Shown one piece after another: positions 63,203-64,000 of a stretch of 64,000 nucleotides of DNA. Source of the DNA: Antedon mediterranea. Its lineage: Eukaryota > Animalia > Echinodermata. Location of the stretch: NCBI RefSeq assembly GCF_964355755.1, contig NC_092670.1, forward strand, positions 5,694,201 to 5,758,200, read 5' to 3'. Each line of letters opens with the position of its first letter. Position 1 is the first letter of the stretch. The notes under the pieces were generated by a model. That model was not told the DNA's origin and ran no database searches. It saw only the letters and a list, made by a program, of their open reading frames with translations. The position numbers and the translations under genes are program-made.

Positions 63203-64000
63203 GTAATTACGACAATTTGTAGACTATTTTATAACACAATTTCCGCCACAATTTGCAATCTATTTTATTGTTGAAAAAAAAAAAATTCTTATTCAATCTA
63301 CAAATTGAACACAACCATACTGCGAATAAAAAAATATAATCAGTCATTTTATTACATTTAATATTTTTCCACCTATACACATTTTCCTTTTCAAGAAACC
63401 AAACGATGTATATAACTTTTCTATACATATTTATAGTTTACTTATACCACTCAAACGAACTATTGAACAATTAATATAAATGTATACATATACTTAGATA
63501 GGGTAGGCCTACACATAAATACAAGTTCATGCATGTGAATTGTGTTATTACAGTTATACATAAATATCTTTCATCGTCTTTAAAAATAATATGATATCAG
63601 TTTATTAATTAATAATGTTAATAACTTCTCATTACAATATACTTTTCCTTTAACTTTCCCAAACTCACAAACAAGACCCGCTTAAAAAAGAGTGCTCGTT
63701 TAAACGCTAGTTTCATTACTTCACGATTAAAAACTGAAATAGAAACAGTATATTATCAGTAAAGTATTCAACAGTAGTAACGCAGTAAAATAGAAAAAAA
63801 TTATAAACAACTATTATTACGTAACAACGAAATTATTCGGGATGTACGAAAAAGCGGAGAAAAATCAATGCGTTATAGAGTTTCGTTTTCATAATTTTCC
63901 AATTAAATCTTTTTACATCTTTGGTTAAAACATACAATTTCGCTTTCTCATTCTAAAATAAAAATCACAATGTTGCCTTAACATAATTATATTTCTCTTT

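Larger units (their letters stand above)
36338..64000 (-). mobile_element. Putative autonomous Helentron; left terminus is the last HINE head, right terminus not in the window
   Basis: The B-type head and body at 36338 have no tail. A diverged pre-tail sequence (38130-38300) runs toward the RepHel stop. I saw no family tail in the rest of the window. The extent is inferred. Confidence 0.5.

Overview
Eukaryotic, AT-rich, almost wholly transposon-derived DNA, probably from a marine invertebrate (the species cannot be determined here). Bases 1-~37.8 kb look like a ~1.5-kb satellite but are 18 non-autonomous Helentron (HINE/DINE-1-like) bodies. Their termini and junctions parse as elements repeatedly inserted into one another, mostly 55-75 bp inside the head of an older copy. 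One unit carries an Academ-derived foldback element (10817-20388), which itself holds a 55-bp hAT-like insert and an intact CR1-group LINE. The last head of the array (36338) has no matching tail in the window and runs into an intact 3085-aa Helentron RepHel polyprotein (PHD, herpes-USP-like protease, OTU, HUH Rep, PIF1 helicase, AP endonuclease). Further right are several MITEs, a second HINE family, LINE remnants and a divergently oriented spliced gene (putative OB-fold). Main hypothesis: a self-targeting Helentron family builds a nested array with its autonomous master as the innermost element. All calls come from reading the sequence by eye; no alignments or database searches were run.
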